A stretch of 62,874 bases of DNA, the filler included, from Gemmatimonadota bacterium (lineage in GTDB: Bacteria > 4572-55 > J002), in assembly GCA_003697105.1 (NCBI GenBank). It is 4 parts of 4 records of this genome, joined end to end, with 100 filler letters (N's around TTAATTAATTAA, not from the genome) between each part and the next. Parts side by side here need not be neighbours in the genome. Positions count along the whole stretch, not along the records: positions 39,301 to 57,171 come from RFFQ01000121.1; positions 57,272 to 62,874 come from RFFQ01000123.1; 2 more parts are not named here. The stretch is one strand, 5' to 3'. Position 1 is the first letter of the stretch. Each line of letters starts with the position of its first letter. The notes below the pieces were generated by a model. It ran no database searches. It worked only from the letters and a program-made list of their open reading frames with translations, and was not told the DNA's origin. This document shows positions 50,856-60,857 of this stretch, in pieces. A program made the position numbers and the translations under genes.

Positions 50856-52262
50856 CTATACTGCCCGTACGACGACTCGCGTACCTTCTACTTGAACGAC
50901 TTGGACGCGTCGCCCCGGTTCGATAAAATCCCCTTCTGTAACCACATCCACCGGGGAATCCTCGATCAAAATCGTACCCGATGGGCGTAGCGATGTGGTG
51001 GTGACCCCGATTTTCCCCAGATATGTTTTCAGATTCGGTGGGGGCGCCTGAAAACCGGTTTCGTCACTTGTACTATCCGCCAAAATGAGCCGGCTGAACA
51101 TGTGAGACTTGGGCAAAAAGCGCATCATCACGGCGCCCAAAATCACCGACGAAAATAACGAAACCGTGACCACCGTTCCGGCATTTACCAGACTGGGTAT
51201 ATACACATCAATTGGAACAGAGGGTTTGTATTTCACCATTGCCATAATGAAACTACCGATTAACGCTGTAATACCCAGCACTCCGGCAATCCCAAATCCG
51301 GGTAGGATGAAAATTTCCACTGCGATCAAAATCACACCCAGCGCGAACAGAATCAGGTCTTCAATACCGGCAAGCCCGACGATGTACTGGCCGCCAAAAA
51401 AGAGCATCAAACACACCGTACCAATAAACCCGGGCAACCCAAAACCGGGCGTACGAACTTCCGTATAAATTGCTAAAATTCCGGCAGTTAGGAGCAGACT
51501 CGCAATCACCCCGCTGGTCAAAAAGCGGGCGAGATTTTCTGCCCAATTGGGTTTGATGTAATGAATCGCCGCTCCTGTCAAGCCGTATAAATCTAAAACC
51601 TGTTCCACATCTTTCGCTTCATACTCCGCTAGACCCCATTGAATGGCTTTGGAGGTACTTAGCGTTAGCACCGATCCTTTTTCACTCACCACAATGGTGT
51701 CTCCTTCCGCGGTTACCCGAACAACTTTCACCTCTTTATCTACAAAAGCCGTGGCAATATCCGTCGGATGTCCATTTTCTTCAGCGGCGGCATAAAATTC
51801 TTCTCGGGCAAAGGAGACGACTTTTTGACCCGCTTCCACCATCTTCCCACCTTCCCCGGGATATACGGGAGTAGCTGCCCCAATAGTTCCTTTTGGTGCC
51901 ATCACGATGTGTTTGCAGGAAAGCGCAATCAGCGCTCCCGCTGAAATGGCACGATGATTAATAAATGCAATTGTGGTTTCTATTTCAGATTCCATCAGGA
52001 CATCACTCAGTTCGGTCATTACATCGACTCGCCCTCCAAACGTCTCAATTTCCACAATTAGTGCATCTGCCCCGTTGGTGTGGGCTTCTTTGAGTGCCCG
52101 CCGGGTATAGGGCACCAGACCGGGCTCAATCGTCCCTGTCACATACAACACGTAAACGTTTTTATCCGAAGTCACCGGCTCATCCGCCTGTGAGATATTC
52201 CCCATCCCCAAAATCAGTGCAATCAAGAGTAAACCGGTCTTTAAGTAGTTGATTTTATTCAT
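50856..52262 (-). CDS. nfeD: NfeD-family membrane-bound ClpP-class serine protease (long form)
   Basis: ETFGG, AISAGALI, IGAATP, TM region (TPGFG, PGFG), C-terminal OB fold LRPSG. Confidence 0.9.
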   Translation of the reverse strand: MNKINYLKTGLLLIALILGMGNISQADEPVTSDKNVYVLYVTGTIEPGLVPYTRRALKEAHTNGADALIVEIETFGGRVDVMTELSDVLMESEIETTIAFINHRAISAGALIALSCKHIVMAPKGTIGAATPVYPGEGGKMVEAGQKVVSFAREEFYAAAEENGHPTDIATAFVDKEVKVVRVTAEGDTIVVSEKGSVLTLSTSKAIQWGLAEYEAKDVEQVLDLYGLTGAAIHYIKPNWAENLARFLTSGVIASLLLTAGILAIYTEVRTPGFGLPGFIGTVCLMLFFGGQYIVGLAGIEDLILFALGVILIAVEIFILPGFGIAGVLGITALIGSFIMAMVKYKPSVPIDVYIPSLVNAGTVVTVSLFSSVILGAVMMRFLPKSHMFSRLILADSTSDETGFQAPPPNLKTYLGKIGVTTTSLRPSGTILIEDSPVDVVTEGDFIEPGRRVQVVQVEGTRVVVRAV

Positions 52263-52361
52263 GAAACCTCCTCTCAGTAAACGCAAAACCGGGATGCCAA
52301 ATTATCCGATAGAATTCAATTTACCTGATTTGCCTGAATTGTCAAGTGGTTTCGGAAGAAT

Positions 52362-52499
52362 CCAGCCCTGAAGAATCCTATTTGATCCGAAATCGCTTAT
52401 ATTAAGGGCAAAAGATCAAAATAGCGCGAAAATATTTTTTTCATACCTGTGTGAAACACTTGATATAGCAAACGTTTCATAGGTATTCTTCAGGGCTGG
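52362..52499. repeat. 138-bp segment bounded by inverted repeats
   Basis: CCAGCCCTGAAGAAT(CCTA) ... (TAGGT)ATTCTTCAGGGCTGG: 15-bp perfect IR, extendable with one indel. Confidence 0.75.
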
Positions 52500-52597
52500 G
52501 GGTTGTTGAGATAAATCTTGACAGGATCGCGATGGTTGTGATAAGCTTTGCCTCACTTTGTTTGATCCCTAGCTGAATAAGGAAGATTTCCCTATTT

Positions 52598-53788
52598 ATG
52601 AAATGGTTGCCACTTGTTGTCGTTGCCCTATTGACTCTATTTGTGTTTCGGGGGGAAGCCGGTACGTTGGGGCAGAAACTGGAAGTCCTCACCGCACTTT
52701 CCACACATGGATTCCAAAATGTAGATGCTGTATTTGAGGGCGATACAGTGATCGTCTTCTACGAAAATCGAGGCTACCGTACCGAAACGCAGGCAATGAA
52801 CGTGGTGATAACGCTATTAGATTCCATTCTTTCCCCTACCATGGATGCAGTACTTGTTGTTCATCATCAAAGTTTGCCGGTTTTGGTGGCGGAGATTCCC
52901 CGCCCCTTACGTTTGGGAACGCAACCCGTTGGCGGAGTGAGCTTTTCCACGGGTGCTTTAACATCGTCTTTATCTGGGGCGGTACTTCGGAACCGAAGCC
53001 AATTTAAGTTCAGCTTAGTGCAGGGGTTCAGCTATCATGCGATTCTGGGAAATTTTGAAGATGCGTGGAAGCCCCAATTGAACTGGATTCCTGAGCTACA
53101 ATTTTCCCCTTGGCATGGGGGATTAATTACGGGTGCAGTGTATGTGCGCCTCTGGAATGAGATGAAAGATGAAGGATACCGGGAGCACGCCAACAATTGG
53201 AAACTCGGTTGGCTGGTGTTCAACCAGTTGTGGCGGTTTCCAAACACGGTGTTTGTTTCTACAACAATTGGGCAGTTTGATGGGGATAGATACGGCGGTG
53301 AGTTACAAGCAAAGGGGTATTTCCACGCGGATCAATTGGCGCTTGAAGGACATCTGGGTTATGTCAGTTATTCCCAATGGGCAGACCGGCACTGGACGTA
53401 TAATGATCTATCCGCAGGGGATGTTGTGGGGTCTCTTGCCGTGGAATACCGGTATCTGTTGTATGATTTGACATTACGCGTTCAATATGCCACCTATCTT
53501 TATGGAGATCGCGGTTGGGAATTTAGTATGAACCGGGAATTTGGTGATCTTCAGATCGGTTTTTTTGGTCTCAATACGGAAGCGGGTATTAATGCAGGCT
53601 TTCGGGTTTTAGTACCGTTGTTGCCCACGCGGTATATGAATCCGAATCACCTTTTCCAAGTTCGCCCGGCGGATGCGATACGCTATGAATACCGGGGACG
53701 AACCTTTGTTCGAGGCGCCCAAAGCTACCGAAATCCGGTAAATATCTCCGATTGGCTGATGTACTACCACCCCGGTCTCTGGAATTAA
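52598..53788 (+). CDS. YjbH-domain outer-membrane beta-barrel protein
   Basis: Signal peptide, GFQNV...YENRGYR N-terminal motif, GQFDGDRYG, YLYGDRG...REFG strands. Confidence 0.65.
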   Translation: MKWLPLVVVALLTLFVFRGEAGTLGQKLEVLTALSTHGFQNVDAVFEGDTVIVFYENRGYRTETQAMNVVITLLDSILSPTMDAVLVVHHQSLPVLVAEIPRPLRLGTQPVGGVSFSTGALTSSLSGAVLRNRSQFKFSLVQGFSYHAILGNFEDAWKPQLNWIPELQFSPWHGGLITGAVYVRLWNEMKDEGYREHANNWKLGWLVFNQLWRFPNTVFVSTTIGQFDGDRYGGELQAKGYFHADQLALEGHLGYVSYSQWADRHWTYNDLSAGDVVGSLAVEYRYLLYDLTLRVQYATYLYGDRGWEFSMNREFGDLQIGFFGLNTEAGINAGFRVLVPLLPTRYMNPNHLFQVRPADAIRYEYRGRTFVRGAQSYRNPVNISDWLMYYHPGLWN

Positions 53789-53947
53789 GTCGTGTATCTT
53801 GCTCGATCTTCGCCGGATCGTGTGGGTTGATGGGGTTTCTAATCTATCCCTGTTTCTTTACCTTATCGTATGTGAGGTATCGATCAAAATTAAATGTGGT
53901 TTTATTTAAAAATATTTTTATTTTTCAATTTTTATTCAAATTAATGC

Positions 53948-53976
53948 TTGACATTTCTTTTGGAATAAAGAATAAT
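53948..53976 (+). promoter_or_regulatory. Candidate sigma70 promoter with AT-rich UP element
   Basis: TTGACA-17 bp-AATAAT preceded by a long AT-rich tract. Confidence 0.5.
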
Positions 53977-54426
53977 AGGTGCGTTGCATGGTACGCTGAC
54001 TAGCCCAAATTTAAGAGAATAAATATTGCTATCTCTAGTTCACCCGTGAATTTCCCGAATATGAAGTATTCTGCTATTTCGTGATTCCATTACATTTTGC
54101 TAACCTCCCTGAATTTTAATACAGACCTTAAAATGTTTTGTTACATCGTTCACTTGCTTGTCTAAGATACCCCTTAAACCCGTAAGGATTAAGGATTATC
54201 GGGGTTGGGGCGGTGTTACTAAGGATGGGGTCGTCTCATGCTGTATGTTGTGGAAAGGGGAACGGAATTCAGCTTTACTAAGAAAGGAGGGAGTTCGAGG
54301 GGTTTATTGAGTCCGATTTGTTTAGCATACGTTGTGTTTCAAAGCATAGCGCCACGTAGATGCCGATAATAATGTATCGTTCATCGTTCATTTTTTCTAA
54401 CTAACTCTCATGTTAGGAGGTTTTCA

Positions 54427-55989
54427 ATGGTTAATCAATTCTTTTTTCGTTTACTTGCGGTGTTACTCATAGGCTTAATGATGCTGACCGGTTGTTCGGA
54501 TTCTGACAAACTGGTAACGGATCCAGAGCCTTATATCCCACCGTCGGATACCCAGCCGGAGCCTCTGGTGGTAGAAGGTAAGGTGGTGGATGTCAACAAC
54601 CAGCCGATGGCAGATGTGACCGTCGATCTGGTGGATGCAGATGGTCTGTTGCTGTTACAGGTGGCAACGGATTTACTCGGTAACTACTATTTTGAAGCCG
54701 ATATGGTCGAAACGACAACTCTGACGGCGATTGCCCGTAAAGAAGGTTACATTAGTGCCTCCAGCCGGGTGAACATCGTGGGAAATATGGCACGTACCTC
54801 TGTAATGACCCTGCGAACTCGTCCTCAGGCGATTCGTCAAGAAATCTCACGTGAGGGTGGAGTCATTGAAGGCACCACAGAAGTGCTGGGTAAATCGCTT
54901 CAGGTGGAATTGGATGTGCCGGCAGATGCCTTGGATGCCACCCGTGAACTTTCTGTTACCCCAATGCGTTATGACGAATTGGAAGGAAACGTTTCTATTT
55001 TTGACTACTTAGCCGCCACAGAACTCGGTCCGGGCGATGTGGAATTTAACGTACCCGTAACGGTTACCTTTAGCTTGCGCACCGCCCAAGTGGTCGGGCA
55101 TTTGATCCTTGTCCGAACATACAATGAGTCCACTGGTGAGTGGGAACAAGCGGTGGACGAAAACAACCACCCCCTCTTTGCCACCGTCATCGAAGACCCC
55201 CAATATGAAGGACAACAGATCAGCCAATTGGCTCGCATTCAACTGACCCGTTTTGCCGCCAACGGTAATTTGCGCCAGTCAGGAGATGTTAGTTATGTTT
55301 TATCTCCGGTGAGTGGTAACCCCGGGGGGGGTAGCTTAACCGCACAGCCGGATGCAAAAGAAACCCAATCCGTTATGTTTGTGGAGTTGGACCCTGATGA
55401 ACGCTCCTATACCCTGAATTGGCAATCGGATTTGATTTTCCCAGACCCGAATGATGTGGGGGATTTTACGGCGGCGGAAATTGATCCGGTGATCCGGGCG
55501 GCATTAGGTACTGGCGGCATCCCATTCAATGCGCCCCGTAGTGACGTGATTAGTTACGCGCCGGGCGCTGCTCCAACCCAAGTTCCCAGTGGGGCACGGG
55601 AACCGGGGAATTGGAGCTACCATCCCTTTGCGGCAGTGGTGGTATCCCACGTTCCGGCTACGTTCAGTTATTATGAGATAGTGGGGGGCACCCTTAAAAT
55701 GGCTATCGACCAACGGGTCTCTTATATTGACCAATCGGTGCGTTTTCCGGATTATATGATTACCGGCAATTCCGGTGGGTTCTTGCCCACGGCGTTGGCA
55801 CCAGCCGTTGCGTGTAGTGGTGATGAAATCGGGTCCGTGAGCCACACGTTCCAAAACAGTGCCACTGATCCCATTGATCTTGATTTGGTAGCGAATTACG
55901 GCTTTGGTGCGGATCAAGTAGGTACTTCTGTAAATGTGTGGAGCAGCTTTCTATGGGGATATTGTTACGCACCGACCCACGATCAATAG
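54427..55989 (+). CDS. Large surface lipoprotein with carboxypeptidase-regulatory-like and ZU5-like Ig domains
   Basis: AGGAGG RBS, lipobox LTGC, VEGKVVD...ATD..GNY.F, VPADAL...LGP..VEF.VPV; acidic and beta-rich. Confidence 0.75.
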   Translation: MVNQFFFRLLAVLLIGLMMLTGCSDSDKLVTDPEPYIPPSDTQPEPLVVEGKVVDVNNQPMADVTVDLVDADGLLLLQVATDLLGNYYFEADMVETTTLTAIARKEGYISASSRVNIVGNMARTSVMTLRTRPQAIRQEISREGGVIEGTTEVLGKSLQVELDVPADALDATRELSVTPMRYDELEGNVSIFDYLAATELGPGDVEFNVPVTVTFSLRTAQVVGHLILVRTYNESTGEWEQAVDENNHPLFATVIEDPQYEGQQISQLARIQLTRFAANGNLRQSGDVSYVLSPVSGNPGGGSLTAQPDAKETQSVMFVELDPDERSYTLNWQSDLIFPDPNDVGDFTAAEIDPVIRAALGTGGIPFNAPRSDVISYAPGAAPTQVPSGAREPGNWSYHPFAAVVVSHVPATFSYYEIVGGTLKMAIDQRVSYIDQSVRFPDYMITGNSGGFLPTALAPAVACSGDEIGSVSHTFQNSATDPIDLDLVANYGFGADQVGTSVNVWSSFLWGYCYAPTHDQ

Positions 55990-56014
55990 GATTGGCTGTA
56001 TGTTAAATCACACC

Positions 56015-56038
56015 GGTGGGGGTAAACTTACCCTCACC
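56015..56038 (+). terminator. Stem-loop after the lipoprotein gene (weak terminator or RNA stabiliser)
   Basis: GGTGGGGGTA/TACCCTCACC stem without a U tract. Confidence 0.4.
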
Positions 56039-56109
56039 GAGCTTCATCTATATGTTATGTTGATATAAATCCGTTTATTTGATTCATCCTTCTACCAGGA
56101 GGTTTGTCT

Positions 56110-57171
56110 ATGTTTATTCTTTCCAACAAACAACAGCGCCTGATGCTTACGCTTTTGATGGCAGTTGTGTTGGTCTCTGTTTTTGCTCTGTCTGCCCAAG
56201 CGGATTTGCGCACCGTGGGGACTTTTACACCCCAGCAAGTCGATTACCACACGGGTACCACGAGCAATACCCAATTTAATGAAGTGAGTACCATTCGTGC
56301 CCTCTCCAGTAGCAGTGTGGATGGGGGTGAACGCGGTTGGGCTCGGTTTGATGTTTCCGGTATTCCCGCCGGTTCTACGATTAATTCGGTTACACTCTTC
56401 TTGTATTGTACTCAAGCTGCCTTTTTTGAATCTTTTGATGTCCACTCACTGGAAACCGATCCGGTTGGATCAACCGCGGCGGCTGTTTTTGCCGATTGCG
56501 GCGATGGGGATACCTATTACAGCCAAAATGCCGGACTTTTATCGGTGCCTCAATGGTTTGAGATGCCGCTGGGGGCAGATGCTATTGCCGATCTGCAAGC
56601 CCGTGTGGATAATGCTGATGGCTGGTTTGGGGTTGGGGTGGATGCCCCCCAGAACGGGGATGGTTTTCTGTTCCTTTTCGAGGGTCAGGCGGACACCAAC
56701 CCACCGTATATACAAGTGAATTATACGGAATCCACGGCGCCGGGCGTGGCTACCAATCCTTCCCCCGCCGATGGCGCCGATAATGTCGCCATTGACACCA
56801 ATTTGAGCTGGAGCAACGGGGTGAATACAGTTGCCGTGGATGTGTATCTGCGTGCCAACGATAACCAATTTGAAGCCAGTGATAAAGTGGTCGATAACCA
56901 AAATGTGAGCAGTTACGATCCGCCTTCCGATCTGATGAATGGAACAACCTATTATTGGAAAGTAGTTTCTCGCAACAGCACCGGAGATGAAACCGAAGGG
57001 TTTGTCTGGAGTTTTCAAACCATTTGTGCCACGGTTACCAGTTTCAGCTACAATTTTGATGGAGTCGCTGCTCCGGCAATTCCCCCTTGTCTCACGGTGG
57101 AAAATGTGAATGCCGATGAGCAAGGTTGGGTGACTCAATCCGAAAACCCTCATAGCCAACCCAATGCGATG
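56110..57171 (+). CDS. N-terminal part of a secreted multi-domain protein (DNRLRE-like, Ig-like, adhesin-like), 3'-truncated
   Basis: Signal peptide, RFDVSGIPAGSTINSVTL, NPSPADGA...TTYYWKV, start of a cleaved-adhesin-like domain. Confidence 0.75.
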
Positions 57172-57271
57172 NNNNNNNNNNNNNNNNNNNNNNNNNNNNN
57201 NNNNNNNNNNNNNNNTTAATTAATTAANNNNNNNNNNNNNNNNNNNNNNNNNNNNNNNNNNNNNNNNNNNN
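57172..57271. other. Artificial contig linker
   Basis: 44 N + TTAATTAATTAA + 44 N. Confidence 0.97.
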
Positions 57272-58392
57272 GACAAGCAAGCTAGCACAAACAGCAAGTT
57301 GTTGAATAAAAAGGCACTTTCCCGCGAGACCACCGAGTCAAGTTCATGTTCACTGCGTAAGTAGGGCAACCGGATGATGATCAGATAGGTCAAAGCAATG
57401 ACCGCAATACCGATAAACGTGAGAAAATACCAGCCAATGGAGGATGCCGCGAACGAATGTACCGATGAAACCACACCACTTCGGGTCAGGAATGTACCCA
57501 GAATAGAGAGTAGATAGGTGGCAACAATTAAAACAATGTTCCAAACTTTGAGCATTCCTTTCCGTTCTTGTATCATTACGGAATGCAGGAACGCCGTTCC
57601 GGTCAGCCACGGCATCAAGGAGGCATTTTCCACCGGATCCCATGCCCAATAACCGCCCCAACCCAACTCCACATACGCCCACTTGCCGCCGAGCATGATC
57701 CCGCAGGAGAGGAAAAACCATGAGGTGAGGGTCCAGCGGCGGGTGGCTTTGATCCAATCAATCCCTAATTGGCGGGTCATTAAGGCGGCAAACGCAAACG
57801 CAAACGGAACGACAAAACCGATCAACCCAAAGTAGAGTACCGGCGGGTGAATCACCATTGCCGGATGTTGCAACAACGGATTTAATCCCCGCCCATCCAT
57901 TGGCATAAAGGAGGCATACGTCCCATCAGGCAGGTGTTGCATCCATTCCCCAAACGGATTGGCAACAAAAATATTGAGTACCAAAAAGAAATGAGTTGTA
58001 CCCAACAGCACCATAATAATCCAGGGTTGCATCACTTGAAATTTTTTCCGGGTCAGAATAACTGCCGCACTGGCGTAGGTCAAGAGTACCCAGCTCCAAA
58101 ACAACAGCGAGCCATCATGCCCTGCCCATAAACCGGTGATCTTGTAAAAAAGGGGCAAATCAATATTGCTCACGCTGTACACATATTGGACGTTAAATTG
58201 GTTGTTTATAATCAAGGCGATTAGTACCGCGCAAGCAATGGAAACAAGCGCATAAGTTGCTAGCACCGACCGGCGGGCACTCTCGATTAACCCCGGGCGA
58301 TACTTCCATCCCCCTAAAATTGAGGTGACCAGTCCGTAGGAGCAAACAATAAATGCCATTAGTAATGTCAGATTTCCAAAATTGACCATCAT
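57272..58392 (-). CDS. ccmF: Cytochrome c heme lyase CcmF, 3'-truncated
   Basis: GLNPLLQ, HPP, WAYVELGWGGYWAWDPVENAS, SVHSF. Confidence 0.95.
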
Positions 58393-58393
58393 G

Positions 58394-58801
58394 TTATGCG
58401 CCGCCCTCCATACCTTCGCCTTCATATTTGGAGGCGCATTTGGCTTGAATGTGATCGGCTTCAAACGTACCATTGGTCAACAGTTTGCCTTCCACCACCG
58501 CTTGAGAACCGTCCTTAAACGTATCCGGGATCGGAGCCGTACCAATATACCGTACGGGCATCGTAGCGCCATTTAATTCAATCGTAAATGTGATCGGGCG
58601 GGTGTCCGTCTGGATCGACCCTTCCACGACATCCCCCCGAACTTTGAGACGCTTGTTGAACGCATCATTACCCATCGCATAAACTTCATCGACATGAAGA
58701 TAATATGCTTTGCTTTCTTGAAAGCCGGTTGCGGCTAATGCTACGAGTGTAACCGTGATGATAAGGCTACCAATCAAAAATTTGGTTTTGGCTTTCTTCA
58801 T
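58394..58801 (-). CDS. ccmE: Heme chaperone CcmE, CxxxY variant
   Basis: N-terminal TM, PDTF...VVEG, AKCASKY. Confidence 0.9.
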   Translation of the reverse strand: MKKAKTKFLIGSLIITVTLVALAATGFQESKAYYLHVDEVYAMGNDAFNKRLKVRGDVVEGSIQTDTRPITFTIELNGATMPVRYIGTAPIPDTFKDGSQAVVEGKLLTNGTFEADHIQAKCASKYEGEGMEGGA

Positions 58802-58949
58802 TGCAACCTCCTAAATTGAGGGTTGAAGTGTCAAACACGCAATAATCGAGTTTTGTGTATTCTATCAAGGTAGAATAATGTGGAAAAGTAGTTCTGTCAA
58901 CGGTTTTCTATCCCTTTCATTACCTGAATGCCTCTTCTAAATTTTCCAC

Positions 58950-59006
58950 TTGACTTTCAGGCACGCCCGTTATAAATAGGAAACTGTAAAAACAATTTTA
59001 GTTTCC
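58950..59006 (+). promoter_or_regulatory. Promoter and palindromic TetR operator
   Basis: TTGACT...TATAAAT followed by GGAAACT-N14-AGTTTCC just upstream of the tetR gene. Confidence 0.6.
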
Positions 59007-59024
59007 ATCTGCTAAGATCGATTC

Positions 59025-59669
59025 ATGAATGAACACACTCGGATACACATTATTAATACGGCGCGCCGCCATTTTTTCAATGCCAGTTACCGTAAAGTGA
59101 CAATCGATGAAATTGCTCACAGTTTGGGCATGAGCAAAAAAACACTTTATACCTATTTCTCCAGCAAAGAAGAACTCCTGCGAGAAACAATGCGATATAC
59201 CCGCCAAGAAATCGCCCAAGACCTGGAATCGATTTTAGCCCAAGACCATTTGCCGTTTATGAAACGCTTCCAGAAAATCCTATTTGTCATTTTGAACTTG
59301 ACACAGTCTGTACGGAAGGAATTTTTGGTTGATTTACAACGCACTCACCCCGACATTTGGCAGGAGATGGAAGCCTTTCGTAAAAACCAAATCTACACCA
59401 AATTAGGGGGATTGATCCGTGAGGGGATAGCGGCTGGGAATCTCCGCAATGACATTGATCCCCAGTTTATCATCTTGATGTTCTATACCTTAGCCCAAAA
59501 CATCATTTGCCCGGAAACACTGTCCCAGATACCGTTTTCAGCTTCGGATGCGTTTCGCTCCATTGTAAAAACCATCTTTGAAGGTATTTTGACCGAAGAG
59601 GTGCGCCATGAATACCCGTTTATTCTACCGGAATCTGCCGGTTGGGAGGAAGACCCATCACATGCGTAA
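59025..59669 (+). CDS. TetR/AcrR family regulator
   Basis: TIDEIA..LGMSKKTLYTYFSSKEEL HTH. Confidence 0.93.
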   Translation: MNEHTRIHIINTARRHFFNASYRKVTIDEIAHSLGMSKKTLYTYFSSKEELLRETMRYTRQEIAQDLESILAQDHLPFMKRFQKILFVILNLTQSVRKEFLVDLQRTHPDIWQEMEAFRKNQIYTKLGGLIREGIAAGNLRNDIDPQFIILMFYTLAQNIICPETLSQIPFSASDAFRSIVKTIFEGILTEEVRHEYPFILPESAGWEEDPSHA

Positions 59670-60618
59670 CAGCATACTAATTCTTGCTATTTGGATTGGG
59701 GGGTGTTCGTCCCCGGACTCCACCCAAACTATTGAAGCCTCAGGAACAATTGAAACTACGGAAGTCCGGGTCTCTACCCAAATTTCAGGACAGATTGACC
59801 GGCTCTTGGTTGATGAAGGTGATACCGTAGGCGTGGGGGATACTCTGGCAATTATCGATCAGACCCAGCTAAAATTACAACAACAACAACTCCAAGCGGA
59901 TATTGATCTGGCGGAAGCGCAGTTACGGATGCTCTTAAACGGTGCGCGTGTAGAAGATATTCAACAGGCGCAGGAGCAACTGAAGCAAGCGGAAGCCCAT
60001 CTTAAATTAATGCAGGAGAATCTGCGCCGGATCACGGAACTGTTCGAGTCCGGTAGTGTGTCCCAACAACAAAAAGATGATGCGGAAACCCGATTTCAGG
60101 TTGCCCAAGCCCAACGGGATGCCGCCCAGCAAACCGTTAAAAAATTACAGCGATTTGCTCGCCCAGAAGAAATAGAAGCGGCACAAGCCCAACTTGCCAA
60201 AGCAAAAGCCGGCAAAGCACTGATTGACCATCGTATCTCAGAGGCGTTTATTACGGCGCCGCTTGCCGGGGTGGTGACCCATCGTCCGGTAGAAATGGGT
60301 GAAGTGGCGACACCAGGGCTTCCCCTATTCACCATTTCGGAACTCGACCCGGTGGAGGTTGTGGTGTTTGTTACCGGGAAAGAAGTGGGGCGGGTCCGGT
60401 TGGGCCAGCAGGCTGTAGTGCATATTGATAGCTATCCGCACCGGGCGTTTGAGGGGCAAGTGACCTTTATCGCCTCCCAAGCGGAGTTTACACCAAAGAC
60501 TATCCAAACTGCAGCAGAGCGGGTGAAACTGGTGTATGAAGTCCGGCTGCGGGTCGCTAATCCAGAAGGCATTTTGAAGCCCGGAATGCCGGCGGATGTA
60601 GTTCTTCACGCCTTATAA
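59662..60618 (+). CDS. HlyD-family membrane fusion protein (YbhG-like)
   Basis: ASGTIE, V.EGD.V..GD, coiled coil, AEFTPK..QT..ER, LKPGMPAD. Confidence 0.9.
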   Translation: MRNSILILAIWIGGCSSPDSTQTIEASGTIETTEVRVSTQISGQIDRLLVDEGDTVGVGDTLAIIDQTQLKLQQQQLQADIDLAEAQLRMLLNGARVEDIQQAQEQLKQAEAHLKLMQENLRRITELFESGSVSQQQKDDAETRFQVAQAQRDAAQQTVKKLQRFARPEEIEAAQAQLAKAKAGKALIDHRISEAFITAPLAGVVTHRPVEMGEVATPGLPLFTISELDPVEVVVFVTGKEVGRVRLGQQAVVHIDSYPHRAFEGQVTFIASQAEFTPKTIQTAAERVKLVYEVRLRVANPEGILKPGMPADVVLHAL

Positions 60619-60857
60619 TAAAATTTACATAATTTTACTATGTCGTCAATGCCCGCACATGGCGTGCTTGAGTAAGCTAACTGTAATAATAAATAAGGGG
60701 CAAACCGAAAATGGTATTCGGCTGAAGACTTCTGCGGAGATTTCAGTAATCTAAGGATTTTACGACCAACACGTTATCGCCGGAATTACTTGTAAACTAC
60801 GGACGCTCCAATCCGCAATTTTGCCCACCTCGTGCCGTACCCCTTTGGTCTTTTGAA

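Noticed and set aside
50453-52499. Prophage or island integrated at the tRNA cluster
   Set aside because: No integrase and no duplicated tRNA 3' end seen.
54216-54290. TTACTAAG repeats as Bacteroides-type invertase sites
   Set aside because: They are direct, short, and lack an inverted partner.
60690-60830. c-di-GMP-I riboswitch suggested by GGCAAACC...GAAA
   Set aside because: The GACGCAAA junction and the P2 tetraloop-receptor pattern are absent.
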